Shown: positions 24,587-38,918, counted from the first letter of the whole stretch. The stretch is DNA of 63,939 nucleotides, filler included, from Octopus bimaculoides (GCF_001194135.2; 10 parts of 10 records of this genome joined end to end with filler, not necessarily neighbours in it), one strand, 5' to 3'. Translations and numbers: made by a program. The notes: a model not told the origin generated them from the letters alone.

Positions 24587-24808
24587 TATGAGGGGATGCT
24601 GAAAAGTTGCTGGCTCTGAGTGAAAGGAAATACAGGAGGATCAGTTTGTTAACTGTGATTTTATTCAACATATTCCCCTCTCAGATTCACACAATTATTG
24701 CTGTGGCCCTTCTGTTTTTCTAAGTCCTGTAAAAGAACCCAGAAGGTTGGGCCTCCAACCAGGCCTTTCATGATACCCATAAAGCCAGGAACTTTTCAAG
24801 AACCCCTT
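24587..24808 (-). mobile_element. Mariner MITE copy 2
   Basis: TATGAGGGGATGCTGAAAAGTTGCTGG...CCAGGAACTTTTCAAGAACCCCT; interior is the reverse complement of copy 1. Confidence 0.8.
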
Positions 24809-24834
24809 TGCGGTTGATGCCAAGGACATATTTT

Positions 24835-25180
24835 CCAATGGCTACTGTGAAATCTTATCACTATTCGACAAGGCCAACGACACAATCTTTTTTGGTCTCT
24901 ACAGGCCCCTCCAAGCACCTCTAAAGTGCTTTGAAGAATGCCTCAACAAAATCAAGTCCTTCCTGCAAAAATACAACTCCGGAAACATACTAGGGATGGG
25001 TGTAAACTTATGTAAACTGACCCACAAATACTCTGAAGTTAGGCAACTACACTACACCAGACAAACCAGCAGTAAAATTATTCTTTAATCTAATGGATGA
25101 ATTTTTCCTGACACAACTAGTGCTTTGTACTAACAAGACAGAATAAAACGATCTTGGATCTGATATTAACAAACCACTGT
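24835..25180 (+). mobile_element. CR1/L2-type LINE AP-endonuclease fragment
   Basis: TIFFGLYRPLQAPLKCFEECLNKIKSFLQKYNSGNILGMG..LMDEFFLTQLV..TRQNKTILDLILTN, the APE motifs YRP, F-x-E-x-L, TQ..PTR and LDL; frameshifted. Confidence 0.75.
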
Positions 25181-25422
25181 GTATTTATGTTTTGTGATCC
25201 TGAATCAGGTAGGTGATATATGTCATTTTGTCCTGTCCTTGCACACATTCGTCAACTTTTTCCTGAAGCTCTACATTCTGGCACTCCCATTGGTAACAGT
25301 GATCTTTGTTTTATATAGTGTGAAACCAACTAATGAGAAACTCAGCTGCAAATGTTCCTTGTATCGTGTTTTTGTCTCCCTTTTCTGTCCATTATATTTT
25401 TGTCCAGTTTTCATCTATTGAG

Positions 25423-25484
<62 letters not shown>

Positions 25485-25603
25485 NNNNNNNNNNNNNNNN
25501 NNNNNNNNNNNNNNNNNNNNNNNNNNNNTTAATTAATTAANNNNNNNNNNNNNNNNNNNNNNNNNNNNNNNNNNNNNNNNNNNNAACAATAATAATAATA
25601 ATA

Positions 25604-25995
25604 AAAAGAGAAAAAAATGCTTTCTAATAGATGTATCAATACCAGCAGATGACAACGTTTCTCTCAAAGAAATGGAAAAACTTTCAAAATACAAATACCT
25701 GGAAACAGAGGTAACTTGAATGTGGAATCTAAAAACAGAAACAATTCGTATCAAAGTAGGTGCATTAGGTATGATAAAAAAATATTCAAACAAATACATA
25801 ACAAAAACACCAGGACTTACAAATATATATAATATACAGAAAATTGCACTACTGGGCACTGCACACATCCTACGCAAAACATTTTCAATACAGTAACCAT
25901 AAGAGCATCATAGCAAATCACAGCACATACCCAAGGCGCACAGAGCTACGCTCGGTAGTGAAGTGAAAGCACGCTATAAAAATAAAACTACTGAA
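25604..25995 (+). mobile_element. R4/Dong lineage A copy 3
   Basis: KREKKCFLIDVSIPADDNVSLKEMEKLSKYKYLETEVT*MWNLKT..VGALGMIKKYSNKYITKTPGLTNIYNIQKIALLGTAHILRKTFSIQ* plus the same UTR; (AAT)n at 25585-25603 and 25995-26012. Confidence 0.92.
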
Positions 25996-26750
25996 TGATA
26001 ATAATAATAATAATATCAAAAATAATTTCATCGGAGTAGTGGTGTAAACGGATTATAAATGAAAGTGTGAAGGAAGTGTGAAAGAAGAGACTAGGGAAGC
26101 TTGGTGCTTAAAGAATGTTAGAAGTGAAAAAGTCAAATTGAAACAAAATTGGGGATTACAAGGAAAAGTCTGAATATAAGAAGGAGAAGCGAACGGAAAC
26201 AGAAAAACGATGGAAAGAAAAGGAGATATATGGGCAATTTTACAGGGACACAGAAGCAAAACATTTTTAGAGAAGAGGTGATTAAGTATGCGGAAAAGCG
26301 CTCTAAAACCAGAAACAAAAGCTATAATTTGTGAAGCTTTAATTTGTTCAGCACACTTAGATATATTGTTCGAATGCCGTATCGTTGTTATTTCTTAGAC
26401 TTGTATTTCGCTATCTCTTAGGTTATTGCATTGTTTTTGTCATTTGTGCAAAGTCCACACGATTTATGCGGTATTATCTTGTTTGGTGCTGTATATGTTC
26501 TACATGTGTTGCGTGGTTGGTGCTTTTTCATTGTATGAATCTGAGAGTAATGTCCTTATGAGATATTAACTGTCTATCATCACACAAATATATACCAACG
26601 AGCAAACAGATACACATACATACAGAGACAAGCACAACGGCACAAACACATCTATGGGTATGTTTGTATTTGATAACTGGATTATCTGAAAAAGTAAACC
26701 TTCATTTATTACACACACGCACACACACACACACACACACATACATATAC

Positions 26751-26783
<33 letters not shown>

Positions 26784-27337
26784 NNNNNNNNNNNNNNNNN
26801 NNNNNNNNNNNNNNNNNNNNNNNNNNNNNNNNNNNNNNNNNNNNNNNNNNNNNNNNNNNNNNNNNNNNNNNNNNNNNNNNNNNNNNNNNNNNNNNNNNNN
26901 NNNNNNNNNNNNNNNNNNNNNNNNNNNNNNNNNNNNNNNNNNNNNNNNNNNNNNNNNNNNNNNNNNNNNNNNNNNNNNNNNNNNNNNNNNNNNNNNNNNN
27001 NNNNNNNNNNNNNNNNNNNNNNNNNNNNNNNNNNNNNNNNNNNNNNNNNNNNNNNNNNNNNNNNNNNNNNNNNNNNNNNNNNNNNNNNNNNNNNNNNNNN
27101 NNNNNNNNNNNNNNNNNNNNNNNNNNNNNNNNNNNNNNNNNNNNNNNNNNNNNNNNNNNNNNNNNNNNNNNNNNNNNNNNNNNNNNNNNNNNNNNNNNNN
27201 NNNNNNNNNNNNNNNNNNNNNNNNNNNNNNNNNNNNNNNNNNNNNNNNNNNNNNNNNNNNNNNNNNNNNNNNNNNNNNNNNNNNNNNNNNNNNNNNNNNN
27301 NNNNNNNNNNNNNNNNNNNNNNNNNNNNNNNNNNNNN

Positions 27338-27373
<36 letters not shown>

Positions 27374-28023
27374 GTATAGATGTAGAAATTTATATAGACC
27401 GATTTAAAAGCAAATTGCATAACATTTAGTCCGTATTTAGACATCCATGTTCATCCATATATATTGATGAAGGAAACTGTGAAAAGAACCGGTAATGCAA
27501 TACAAATTTACTTTCGCTGCTTCTTATAGACGGGAAAGTTTGTTTATAAACTAATTAGGTTATTTCATACGAATTTCATTAAAAATAATGTCCGTTATAT
27601 AAGAAAAGCCCTTACAGACAGATGATATCACCAAATTTCAGACATTGCATAACAAAGGTAAATAACAGGTATAATGGATACTGAACAGTGTTATGTTATC
27701 AACGACCTAAATGACAGTATTAAAAATGGGTAAAAAAATTTAGGTAACTATCGAGTGAAAAGGGTATGTTATAAACATAAGAGTTAATTACGGTTATTAC
27801 ATCTTTGATTATCCAGTAATATAATCTGTTTATGAATGAATTTTTGCACATATACAGGATATCGTCTTTAATAAAGTAAATATAACATGACGTAACTGAA
27901 TAAATTATGATCAAACTCTGGTTTTGAGTGTGTGCGACTGTTTGAGTTATTGTATGTATGTATGTATGTATGTATGTATGTATGTATGTATGTGTCTGTA
28001 TACACACACATACACACACAAAC

Positions 28024-28063
<40 letters not shown>

Positions 28064-28938
28064 GGGAATAAGTTTTCCCATTGGTTTATAATTAAAGACG
28101 TCAACGTTAAAATCGAGTAGAGTATATTTAATTTATTGCTTTCCTTACTCTTCGGTCAGATTCGTAGGAGGAAACTGGTTGAATTCAGAATGTAGAAATT
28201 ATCTGTAATATGAAGTTGGTGGGAGAGATCAAGCTCTTCCAAAATGTTGTGCAAAAGTAGAAGGAAACAGAGTACAGCATGATTTTTCGAAAATATATAG
28301 TAAAAGAAAATTTCAAGGAAGACTATGAACGAGGGATCAGATTTCAAATGAAAGGATGTATGAAGTGCGGGCTAGAAAGAGGAAACTGATAAATAATATG
28401 GGATTAGACTAGGAGAAAGAGAATGGACACAAACGTTGAAGGAGTAAGCGAGGTTAATAGAGAAATAAAAATGTAAGAAGTTGATGGAGACGGAGCCTGG
28501 GATCTGTGGTGTGTGAGAAGAATAAGCATAAGAAAGAAAAAGAAAGGGTGATGATATGTAGCATTGGAAAAGAGGGTAGAGCTGAGCGCTGTACAATGTT
28601 AGCTTAGGACATCAAACGTGTTAACAATGTGAGGAAAACACATGAAAAGGGTAGTTTACTTGTGTGAGAGATACTCGTGCATAATTAATCGATAAATATT
28701 ATTAAAATCACTTTAATTAATAATATCCTAAGAATTTAAATAAGATAGATTTATTTAGATTAATTTTTACTGTTTTTAATTTCTGGACTGTGCACAATGA
28801 ATTTTCCTTAGCGAGTTTCGTATCAATCCAGGTTTCTATGAGTAGTTGAGCCAGGATTTTCTGTTTATGCATCATTATTCTTCTTTTTCCTAACGTTTAA
28901 ATCTGCTCATTTTCTTACACATGAACGCAGCCGATTGT

Positions 28939-28989
<51 letters not shown>

Positions 28990-31361
28990 GGAGAGGGGGG
29001 GAGAGAGAGAGATAGAGATAGAGAGATAGAGAGAGAGAGAGAAAGAGGGCAGACAGACAGATAGACAGGTAGAAAGAAAGAATAATCGACCAAATAATTA
29101 ATTGGCTCATCATTTCGCGACTGTACATGTCAAAGGAAAATTTGCCCTTGGCGGAATTCGAACTCACAATGAAGAGAATCAGAAAAAGTAATGTAATGCA
29201 TCCTAAGCGACGCTTTAATCAATTAGCTCTCTTTTAAGTTAATAACAATATTATTTAATTAAAAATACAAGTTATAAACTTTGTTTTGAAATGGATAAAG
29301 CTGAGGAAGTAGAAAAGGAAGAGAGAAACAAAACAGCAGATGTGGGTAAGCAGTGATCTTAAGGAGGTGAGATGGATAACAAAGAGAATCAGCTGAGTTC
29401 AAAGATCTCAAAAGATTCGAAAAAAAGAAAATAGTGAAACAAAAATGTTGAAAATAATTTATTTCAAAGCTATATGGAAAATACCAGAGTTATAAAAAAA
29501 TAAAACTAGCGAGGTGTTAAAATGAATAAAGTAATTTAGTGCTATTAAGAATGATCATCTAGAATTAAGATAAGGTTATTCAACATAAAATGTAAGATAT
29601 AAAATTCGTTTTAAAAACACGTTTTAAATTTTAAATCTGATTAATGTGATTAAATTGATAAAATACTACTAAGGAGAAACAATATTGTTTCTATTTGATT
29701 GTGTAAAAAGATTGGTGATCATCAAAGTCAGTGACTGAATAATGATGCACATAGAGTTATTGAACGCTAACAAAATGAAAGGTAATAAGATGAGACCTTA
29801 GCGATTGACGGTTATAAGACGGATAAACGGGAAGTTAAGAATAAATGGATGTGAAAAGTGATAACATAGATCTAGTACTTAAAACAAAAGGATGTGTAGA
29901 CAACACAAGGAGAAACAACCAATAAACGGGATGTAACTAAAATCGTTAATGAAAACTAAAGTTATGGACAACTACAAAAATACAGGATCGTAGATGTAAT
30001 GCAGAAGTAATAGATGAATAATTGTAAGTTCCCTAAGAATAGTAAGGGATAGTGAATAGTTTTAAGACCAGAAATCGTTTTGTGGTTAATTCTAAGTGAC
30101 CGGTATACAATAGAGCAATGTTCTAGTTCAGTAGATCCAGGTTCAAACAGCAGTATATATTTGATGTTTTTGTAAGTTTCTTGAGTGGGTCTTAGTAAGT
30201 ATGCATACATGATAAGAGTAAAAAAGTTATGATCGAGCAAATGCGCGCGCACACCCACACCCACACACAATGAATACTGACAATAAGAGTCCATATTAAA
30301 ATAGGACACACTACTGAAACGTATCTAAGTTTTAAATATTTTGTGGACGAAAATGCAATATTTTAAATGTCCTTTGTTGACACAATTTCAAATGTTATAC
30401 CAAAATAAAAACAAAAACTCTGTATGAGTTCTACCGCTTTAGTCCAGGTACAGTTGAATATTTATAATTTTGAGTTTCCAGATTAATAGGAAGAGTGATG
30501 ATTTTCTACAGTTCGGGTTATATCTTAAAAAAGGTATACTGATTGTCCCTTATTTTCCATGTATTAGCAGTAAGAGAGAGTTTAAACATCGTAGATTAAG
30601 ATTCTATACTAATACATTGTGTTTTTAGATTAACAATTCGAATCTAAAATATAAAACGAGGTGGGACTGATACTGTTACAATGTCGAGAGTGTTTCAAGT
30701 TCAGCGAGTTTGAAAGGTTGGAAGATATGACAGATTGGTAGAAGTTAGGTGTTGTGGAGTATGAAATTATATTGTTTTCTTATTGAATATTTTATAAAAG
30801 CTATGTGGTAAGAGCAAGTTATATTTGTCAAGAGAAATTTTTATTATGGATGTAGCTACATATGTATCGGCTAATGTTCCTTTTCTTTTCATATTCTTCT
30901 GAATACTTCTACTGAAAGGCGAATAGAAGTATTTTTCATAAGAGATTCATCGTAATGGGTTTATGGGCCTTCGAACATTTACTCTTTTCTGATGATAAAT
31001 GGTTAATATAAGTGAAAAGTTCTCATTTAGGTGGTTTAGGGTCCATTTGATGATTCGAAATCCTATGTATTTAATTTATTGTATAATGCAGGTCGCAAAA
31101 ATGAGAGTATATAAAATTATATATGCATGTGTGTGTGGAGGGTGTGTATGTGAGAGAGACGTACAGAGGGAGAAAGAAAGAATGAGTGAAAATGAGCTCA
31201 GAGAAATAAATGAAGGTGCCTTGCGGAATGAATATGGACGATGGAGACGAATGAAGGTAAATCAAATACATATAAACAATTTTCCATTAAACTGAAGTAT
31301 TATTCAATAACTTTTGATAAAGTACAGATTTACTATTATTTAATAAGAATCATGTATATGC

Positions 31362-31392
<31 letters not shown>

Positions 31393-31492
31393 AAAGAAAG
31401 TTTGGATGTGATGTACAGGCATTATATATAGGAAAAAATAAGGTATTCAGCGATCTGGATGGTTGTACATTTACAGATTTTTTATTAATCTG

Positions 31493-32070
31493 TCGCATGT
31501 TTTTATAAATCATATATTAGCGCTTGCATCTACTCTAGTAGACTCTTTAGATTAAAATTTTTGAGGTGATTCGTCTCTTTTTATAGTATTATCGAGTGTG
31601 TAGGGGGTGGAGAGAGATATATAGGATAATAAAAGAGGGTGAGGAATGGGGAGAAAGTGAGAGAGAGTATTTGTGTGTTTGTGTGTGTGTGTGTATGTGT
31701 GTGTGTATGTGCGTGTGTGTATCTGTGTATCCGAAAGGAACGTCAATGGAAAAGAGAAGAAAACAAAGAAGGAAGAAAGAAAGAAGGAAAAAAATATGTT
31801 TACATATATACAGCTGGTCAGTTCTTTCAACAGAAGATGGCAGGTTGATTCTTCGCCTTTAAAAATGGCAAAACCAGGTGGCTACTCTAAGATGGGGGGN
31901 NNNNNNNNNNNNNNNNNNNNNNNNNNNNNNNNNNNNNNNNNNNNNNNNNNNNNNNNNNNNNNNNGGGGGGGGGGGTCTTGTTTTGATAAAAATTATTTCT
32001 CCTCAAAATTTTTTTTTGTCTGGATTTATTATCATTGTCATTATCTTTATCCAGTGAGAGAGAGTGTGTC

Positions 32071-32112
<42 letters not shown>

Positions 32113-32464
32113 TGTATGTGCGTGTGTGTATGTGCCTGTGTATCTGAAAGGAGTGTCAATGGAAAAGATAAGGAAAGAAAGAAGGAAGGAAGAAAGAAGA
32201 AAAAATTGTGTTTACATCTATACAGCTGGTCAGTACTTTCAATAGAAGATGACAAGTTGGTTAATAAAATTAATTTTTAAAAAACGTCTGGGTTTCTTAT
32301 CATTATCATCATCCTTGTCCAATGTTTGATTCTCGTGTTGGTATGAAAAAGAGAAGGAAACAAAGAAGGAAGAGAGAAAGAAAAATCCCCTCTAAAAATT
32401 TTAATCTGAAGAGTCTACTAGAGTAAATGCAATCGCTAACATATGATTTATAAAAACATGTGAC
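31493..32464. mobile_element. Foldback-like element: ~75 bp inverted ends, internal direct duplication
   Basis: 31493-31570 is the reverse complement of 32388-32464 (GTC(G/A)CATGTTTTTATAAATCATAT..CTCTAGTAGACTCTT..GATTAAAATTTTT); internal ~240 bp modules 31610-31850 and 32040-32270 are direct repeats. Right end runs into a gap. Confidence 0.65.
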
Positions 32465-32564
32465 NNNNNNNNNNNNNNNNNNNNNNNNNNNNNNNNNNNN
32501 NNNNNNNNTTAATTAATTAANNNNNNNNNNNNNNNNNNNNNNNNNNNNNNNNNNNNNNNNNNNN

Positions 32565-32624
<60 letters not shown>

Positions 32625-32949
32625 TGCTTTCTATCATTGTTTTGCGTGCCAGCGTGGTCACGAGTATTTCTTTTCTTGAGCGTGACACATGCCCCTCAAT
32701 CCGCCACCACTTGGGTCTACCCCCTGGAGGTGGTATCAAAATGTTCCTGGACTAGTTCTGTAGTGCGCCAACAGATAGCAGCACACTCGTATATATTCAA
32801 AAGTCAACATTTTCAAGTGTATCCTTTTCCAATGTAAGATAATATGGTGTGATTTATAACAAATTTTGTCGCTACCTGTAAATAAGTCAAGTTACAGTAT
32901 TGTGTTTTTCTCCGTAGAGTTTACTTAAGGGTATGTGTAATCTGTGTTT

Positions 32950-33505
32950 CCGGTCGTGACAATCCAGTCGTTTCATATATTAGGAAGTGTATGCTTCAAT
33001 CTTGTTGATGTCCACATCAACAATAAAGTCGATATAGCTCGTAGGATGAGCTCCTGGATCTTAAGAACCTTCCGGTCCAGAGAACAAGATGTCGTCATTC
33101 CACTTTTCTCCTCCTTTGTACGGCCACACCTCCAATACTGCTGACCCTTGTGGTCTCCCCATACAAAATAAAACATCTCGAGGATTGAATCACTCCAGAG
33201 GGCACTCACTAAACGAATTGAAGGCATGACTGATCTCGATTACTGGGACCGCCTTAAAGCCTTGAAGCTCTACTCTCTCCAGCGCCGCTGCGAGCGGTAC
33301 ATCATTTGTACGATGTGAAGAATATACCACCAGCATTGCCCAAACGACCTGAACATTAGTTTCAAGGTTCATCCAAGGCTGCAACCACGGGCCATACGTC
33401 CCCTGCCTAATTCAGGATCACAACATATAGGTACACTGCGACATAATTTCTTTTCTTCAACAGGCCCTGCCCTGTTTAACATTGTCCCAAACCAGATAAA
33501 AGAGG
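32950..33505 (+). mobile_element. CR1/L2-type LINE 3' ORF2 fragment
   Basis: HINNKVDIARRMSSWILRTF..FVRPHLQYC*PLWSP..IESLQRALTKRIEGMTDLDYWDRLKALKLYSLQRRCERY. Confidence 0.9.
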
Positions 33506-34214
33506 NNNNNNNNNNNNNNNNNNNNNNNNNNNNNNNNNNNNNNNNNNNNNNNNNNNNNNNNNNNNNNNNNNNNNNNNNNNNNNNNNNNNNNNNNNNNNNN
33601 NNNNNNNNNNNNNNNNNNNNNNNNNNNNNNNNNNNNNNNNNNNNNNNNNNNNNNNNNNNNNNNNNNNNNNNNNNNNNNNNNNNNNNNNNNNNNNNNNNNN
33701 NNNNNNNNNNNNNNNNNNNNNNNNNNNNNNNNNNNNNNNNNNNNNNNNNNNNNNNNNNNNNNNNNNNNNNNNNNNNNNNNNNNNNNNNNNNNNNNNNNNN
33801 NNNNNNNNNNNNNNNNNNNNNNNNNNNNNNNNNNNNNNNNNNNNNNNNNNNNNNNNNNNNNNNNNNNNNNNNNNNNNNNNNNNNNNNNNNNNNNNNNNNN
33901 NNNNNNNNNNNNNNNNNNNNNNNNNNNNNNNNNNNNNNNNNNNNNNNNNNNNNNNNNNNNNNNNNNNNNNNNNNNNNNNNNNNNNNNNNNNNNNNNNNNN
34001 NNNNNNNNNNNNNNNNNNNNNNNNNNNNNNNNNNNNNNNNNNNNNNTATATATATACACACACATACAAGCAGACACATACAAGTGTATCGACGCCATAA
34101 GCATCCTTATAAGATTGGTTAATGGAAAGTGGTGGTACCTCCTTAAACGTCTGACCTTGTGCAACAATTTGAAATGATAATTATCATTATTATTATTATT
34201 AATTGGTGGGCAGA

Positions 34215-35300
34215 GGGCGGCGAACTGGCAGAATCTTTAGCACGCCGGATAAACCGCTTAACTGTATTGCATCCGTCTTTACTTTCTGAGTTCAAATACC
34301 GCCGAGGTCGACTTTGCCTTTCATCCTTTCGGGGTCGATAAAATAGGTACCAGTTGAGTACTGGGGTTGATGTAATGGACTTAGCCCCTCCTCCGAAATT
34401 GCTGGCCTTGTGCGAAAATATGAAACCATCATTTTGTGGGAAGGAGCTAGACGATTATATTAATCCCAGGGCTCAGTTCATAGTTATTTTATCGACGCTG
34501 AAAGGGTGAAGGTCAAAGTTGACTCAAAAGGCATTTGAACTCTGAACGTAAAGTCCTTTATAAGCCATTATAAATAACCACACCAAAACCATCCACCTTT
34601 TACCTTTCCGTCGCAATTCGCCATTTTTCGGATGTCTCCGTAGTACTGAGCTCCACCTAGTTTGTCTCCAGCTGAGATATCGACGTCTGGCTTTATCGGA
34701 AGTCATCAAACTTATTACAACACACCCAGTTGCACCAGGGTACCTCACTATAAACACTCAATTCCACTAGAATGTTGTTGTCATTGTTGTTGCAAAGGCG
34801 GCTAGCTGGCAGAAACGTTAGCACACCGGGCGAAATGCTTGTCGGCTTTTCGTCTGCTGCTACGTTCTGAGCTCAAATTCCGCCGAGGTCGACTTTGCCT
34901 TTCATCCTTTCGAGGTCGATTAAATAAGTACCAGTTATGCACTGGGGTCGATATAATCGACTTAATCCCTTTGTCTGTCCTTGTTTGTCCCCTATATGTC
35001 TAGCCCTTTGTTGGCAGTAAAGAAATAAGAAACGTTAGCACGCCGGGCGAAATGCTTAGCGGTATTTCGTCTGTCTTTACGTTCTGAGTTAAATTTTGGC
35101 ACAAGACCAGCAATTTTAAGGAAAATGGATTTATTCGATTCAGTAACAGTTGAGCTCGACTCTGAAGTGCATCTGATACTAATTTTATCGACCCCGAAAG
35201 AATATATAGTAAATTCGACCTCGGTCGAATTCGATCGTAGAACATTGAGACGTAGGAAATTCCTGCAAGCACGACAATGATTCTGCCAGCTCTCCGCCTT
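34215..35300. mobile_element. SINE family 1 cluster: 34215-34425(+), 34435-34555(-), 34795-34980(+), 35025-35095(+ head), 35095-35300(-)
   Basis: Repeated consensus matches in both orientations. Confidence 0.85.
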
Positions 35301-35677
35301 AAGGAATTCACTGCAGTAATAAAGAGATTAACGTGAGATTTTAGGATTTTACTGCTATTTCTAGTAAGCTGAGCAACACCGTAGAGGTGAGGCACCTTGG
35401 TTAGATTAGTGTTGAGATTAATTGTCACGTGTTGTATTCCGGTTTCATACAGACACCAGCTGCTATGGAAAGAGAAAGACTTTGCAGATGGCAACCACAT
35501 GACGCAAATTGTTTGGTCAGAGTACAAAACGGTGTACAGAAACTATTTGCAATGTACACACACACACACGTACACACACAAACAGACACACACAAGCATA
35601 CACATACACACATACACACATGCACATACACACACAAATAAATATGTATATATATACATATACATATATATATATTG

Positions 35678-35710
<33 letters not shown>

Positions 35711-35778
35711 TTCGTGTGTTCACATCTATGTCGGTTAAGTTGTGCGGATTCCGAGGAAACCAATGTCTGTAAATCACG

Positions 35779-35837
<59 letters not shown>

Positions 35838-36709
35838 CGCCCACACACACGCGCCATCACCTACATATATATATATGAATAACCTTTGTCGTCTGAGAGC
35901 CTGAGAGCGTCTGCACTAATAAATTTCTTCTGTGAAGCGCAGGCGAAGGTCAAGTATTTAATACATATACGTATGTGTATACATACACACACCACGCATG
36001 CACACGCACGCGTGTGTGTGTGTACATTTGTGTGTATGTGTGTGTGTTTCACAAATATAGTTAGAAGGTAAAATAATCTGACCAAGAACCTACAATAGCC
36101 ACAACAATATAAACATTGCTAGCCACAAATATAGCAATTTTAACAGCATCATTATTAAAATGGTTATGTTCCTATCTCTCTGCTGTACTCCACGGAAGAA
36201 TTTAACTCCATTAAAGGACACAAGCCCATCATGCTCTATAGAAATATTGCTATGTTGGATTAACTACACGGTTTCTTGAGGAAGACATCGTCGTCGATGT
36301 TATTGGACAATGAGCTGAGCATTCGGCTGTTCGAATCTAACCATTAGAACTATTTTCTGTTTGAATCTCAGATTATTTAACTGTCAAAGACTTCAGAGCG
36401 CCTGACTGTGAGTAGGCACCGCTGGGTGTTATGGATAACTTTGTGTATAATAATCAAAGCTATTTTGCCTCATGGACGCAGGAATGCGAAATGGTTAAAC
36501 AGTTTGTTTAGCAATCACGAGATCAGATACCGGCTTCACGTTTTTCGCAAGTACCATTTAGCGTCTGTTCAACTCATTCCTTTTGAATGAAATTCTGTTA
36601 GGGAAGCCGACGCAAATCCACTTTTATTTAATATATATTCAGTACGCACATACTTTCGTTACGGGGAAAACAAATACATAACGCGAGGTTTTTGCACGCA
36701 TTGATTTTA

Positions 36710-37328
36710 AGAATTGTCACAAGGCCAGCAATTACGGGGTGGGGGCGTGGATTAGTCGATTACATCAACTCCAGTATTCAGCTAGCATTTATTTTATTGA
36801 CACCAAAAGGACAAAAAGCAAAGTCGACCTCGGCACCAGCACCATCACCATCACCTCCATCACCTTCTCCACCTTCACCTCCAACACTTCCTTTCCACCA
36901 CCACCTCCAACACCCCCACCACTACTTCCACCACGTCCACACCCACGCCACCAAAAACAACAGAAACACCTTCACCGCCAGCAACAACCACTACCGCACC
37001 ACTACAGCTAGTATTACCAACACCAGCACCACTAACAATAACATGGCTGCTACTACCATTTGCACCATCATAGCTACCACTACAAACATAATCATCATCA
37101 TCATCAACAGTACTACATCACCACTACCCTAACCACCAACTACATCACCAGCAGTAACAGCGACATCACACCACTAATACTACCACCACCACACCACCAC
37201 CACACCACCACCACACCACCACCACCACTACTACTACTATCAGGACTACCACCATTAACACTACCGTCACCAAAACCTTCACCACCATCACCATCACGAT
37301 CACCACCACCACCACTACCACTACCACT
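36710..37328. repeat. Partial SINE family 1 (-) followed by (CCA/CAC/CAT)-rich low-complexity tract
   Basis: AAAGTCGACCTCGGC runs directly into ACC-type trinucleotide repeats up to the N gap. Confidence 0.85.
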
Positions 37329-38161
37329 NNNNNNNNNNNNNNNNNNNNNNNNNNNNNNNNNNNNNNNNNNNNNNNNNNNNNNNNNNNNNNNNNNNNNNNN
37401 NNNNNNNNNNNNNNNNNNNNNNNNNNNNNNNNNNNNNNNNNNNNNNNNNNNNNNNNNNNNNNNNNNNNNNNNNNNNNNNNNNNNNNNNNNNNNNNNNNNN
37501 NNNNNNNNNNNNNNNNNNNNNNNNNNNNNNNNNNNNNNNNNNNNNNNNNNNNNNNNNNNNNNNNNNNNNNNNNNNNNNNNNNNNNNNNNNNNNNNNNNNN
37601 NNNNNNNNNNNNNNNNNNNNNNNNNNNNNNNNNNNNNNNNNNNNNNNNNNNNNNNNNNNNNNNNNNNNNNNNNNNNNNNNNNNNNNNNNNNNNNNNNNNN
37701 NNNNNNNNNNNNNNNNNNNNNNNNNNNNNNNNNNNNNNNNNNNNNNNNNNNNNNNNNNNNNNNNNNNNNNNNNNNNNNNNNNNNNNNNNNNNNNNNNNNN
37801 NNNNNNNNNNNNNNNNNNNNNNNNNNNNNNNNNNNNNNNNNNNNNNNNNNNNNNNNNNNNNNNNNNNNNNNNNNNNNNNNNNNNNNNNNNNNNNNNNNNN
37901 NNNNNNNNNNNNNNNNNNNNNNNNNNNNNNNNNNNNNNNNNNNNNNNNNNNNNNNNNNNNNNNNNNNNNNNNNNNNNNNNNNNNNNNNNNNNNNNNNNNN
38001 NNNNNNNNNNNNNNNNNNNNNNNNNNNNNNNNNNNNNNNNNNNNNNNNNNNNNNNNNNNNNNNNNNNNNNNNNNNNNNNNNNNNNNNNNNNNNNNNNNNN
38101 NNNNNNNNNNNNNNNNNNNNNNNNNNNNNNNNNNNNNNNNNNNNNNNNNNNNNNNNNNNNN

Positions 38162-38560
38162 GGCGGAGAGCTGGCAGAATCGTTAGCACGCCGGGCGAAA
38201 TGCTTAGCGGTTTTTTGTCTGTCCTTATGTTCTGAGTTCAAATTTCACCGAGGTCGACTTTGCCTTTCATCTTTTCGGGGTCGATAAATTAAGTACCAGT
38301 TGCGTACTGGGGTCGATCTAATCGATTGCTCCCTCTCCCAAAATTTCGGGCCTTGTACCAAGAGTAGAAAAGATAATTAACTGGTGTTTAAAGGCGGCGA
38401 ACTGGCAGAAACGTTAGCACGCCGGGCGAAATGCTTAGCGGTATTTCGTCTGTTTTTATGTTCTGAGTTCAAATTCCGCCTTGGTTGACTGTACTTTCCA
38501 TCCTCTCGAGGCCGATAGATTAGGTACCAGTGGTGTACTAGGGTTGATGTAATCGACTAG
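38162..38560 (+). mobile_element. SINE family 1 tandem pair (38162-38375, 38392-38560)
   Basis: Near-consensus copies, head to tail. Confidence 0.9.
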
Positions 38561-38714
38561 AAAATTTAGTAACAATAATGAATAGTTTGACCTTATCTAC
38601 TACAAGCCAAAATTAACAAACTCACCATTCAAAATACTTACAGCATAAAGGGAGATAATTGAGGTAGACTTGAAAGTTAACTTAGGATCGTAATCATGTG
38701 AAGTAAATATAACA

Positions 38715-38918
38715 AATAATCCAGAATTCTTGTCCAGTACCGGACCGATCCCCAAATCTAATCAGCTTGTGCCAGTCACGAGGCCAATCATTCTTGAAAG
38801 TTTCATCCGAAGCCATCCAGCGGTTCTTGAGATATCTTGTCCACGGACAAACAAGCAAACAAACAAACAAACACGACTGAAAACAATACCTCCGCCTTCG
38901 CTAAGGCTGAGGTAATAA
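38715..38918 (-). mobile_element. DINE-1/HINE-like (putative non-autonomous Helentron) 5' part
   Basis: Minus strand TTATTACCTCAGCCTTAGCGAAGGCGGAGGTATTG (short hairpin), (TTTG)n, GACAAGATATCTCAAGAACCGCTGGATGG..GAAACTTTCA; sister copy at 39984-40099. Confidence 0.55.

Noticed and set aside
28100-31300. Purine/AT-rich 3 kb stretch suspected of being an old LINE
   Set aside because: No motif or open frame could be recovered by eye.
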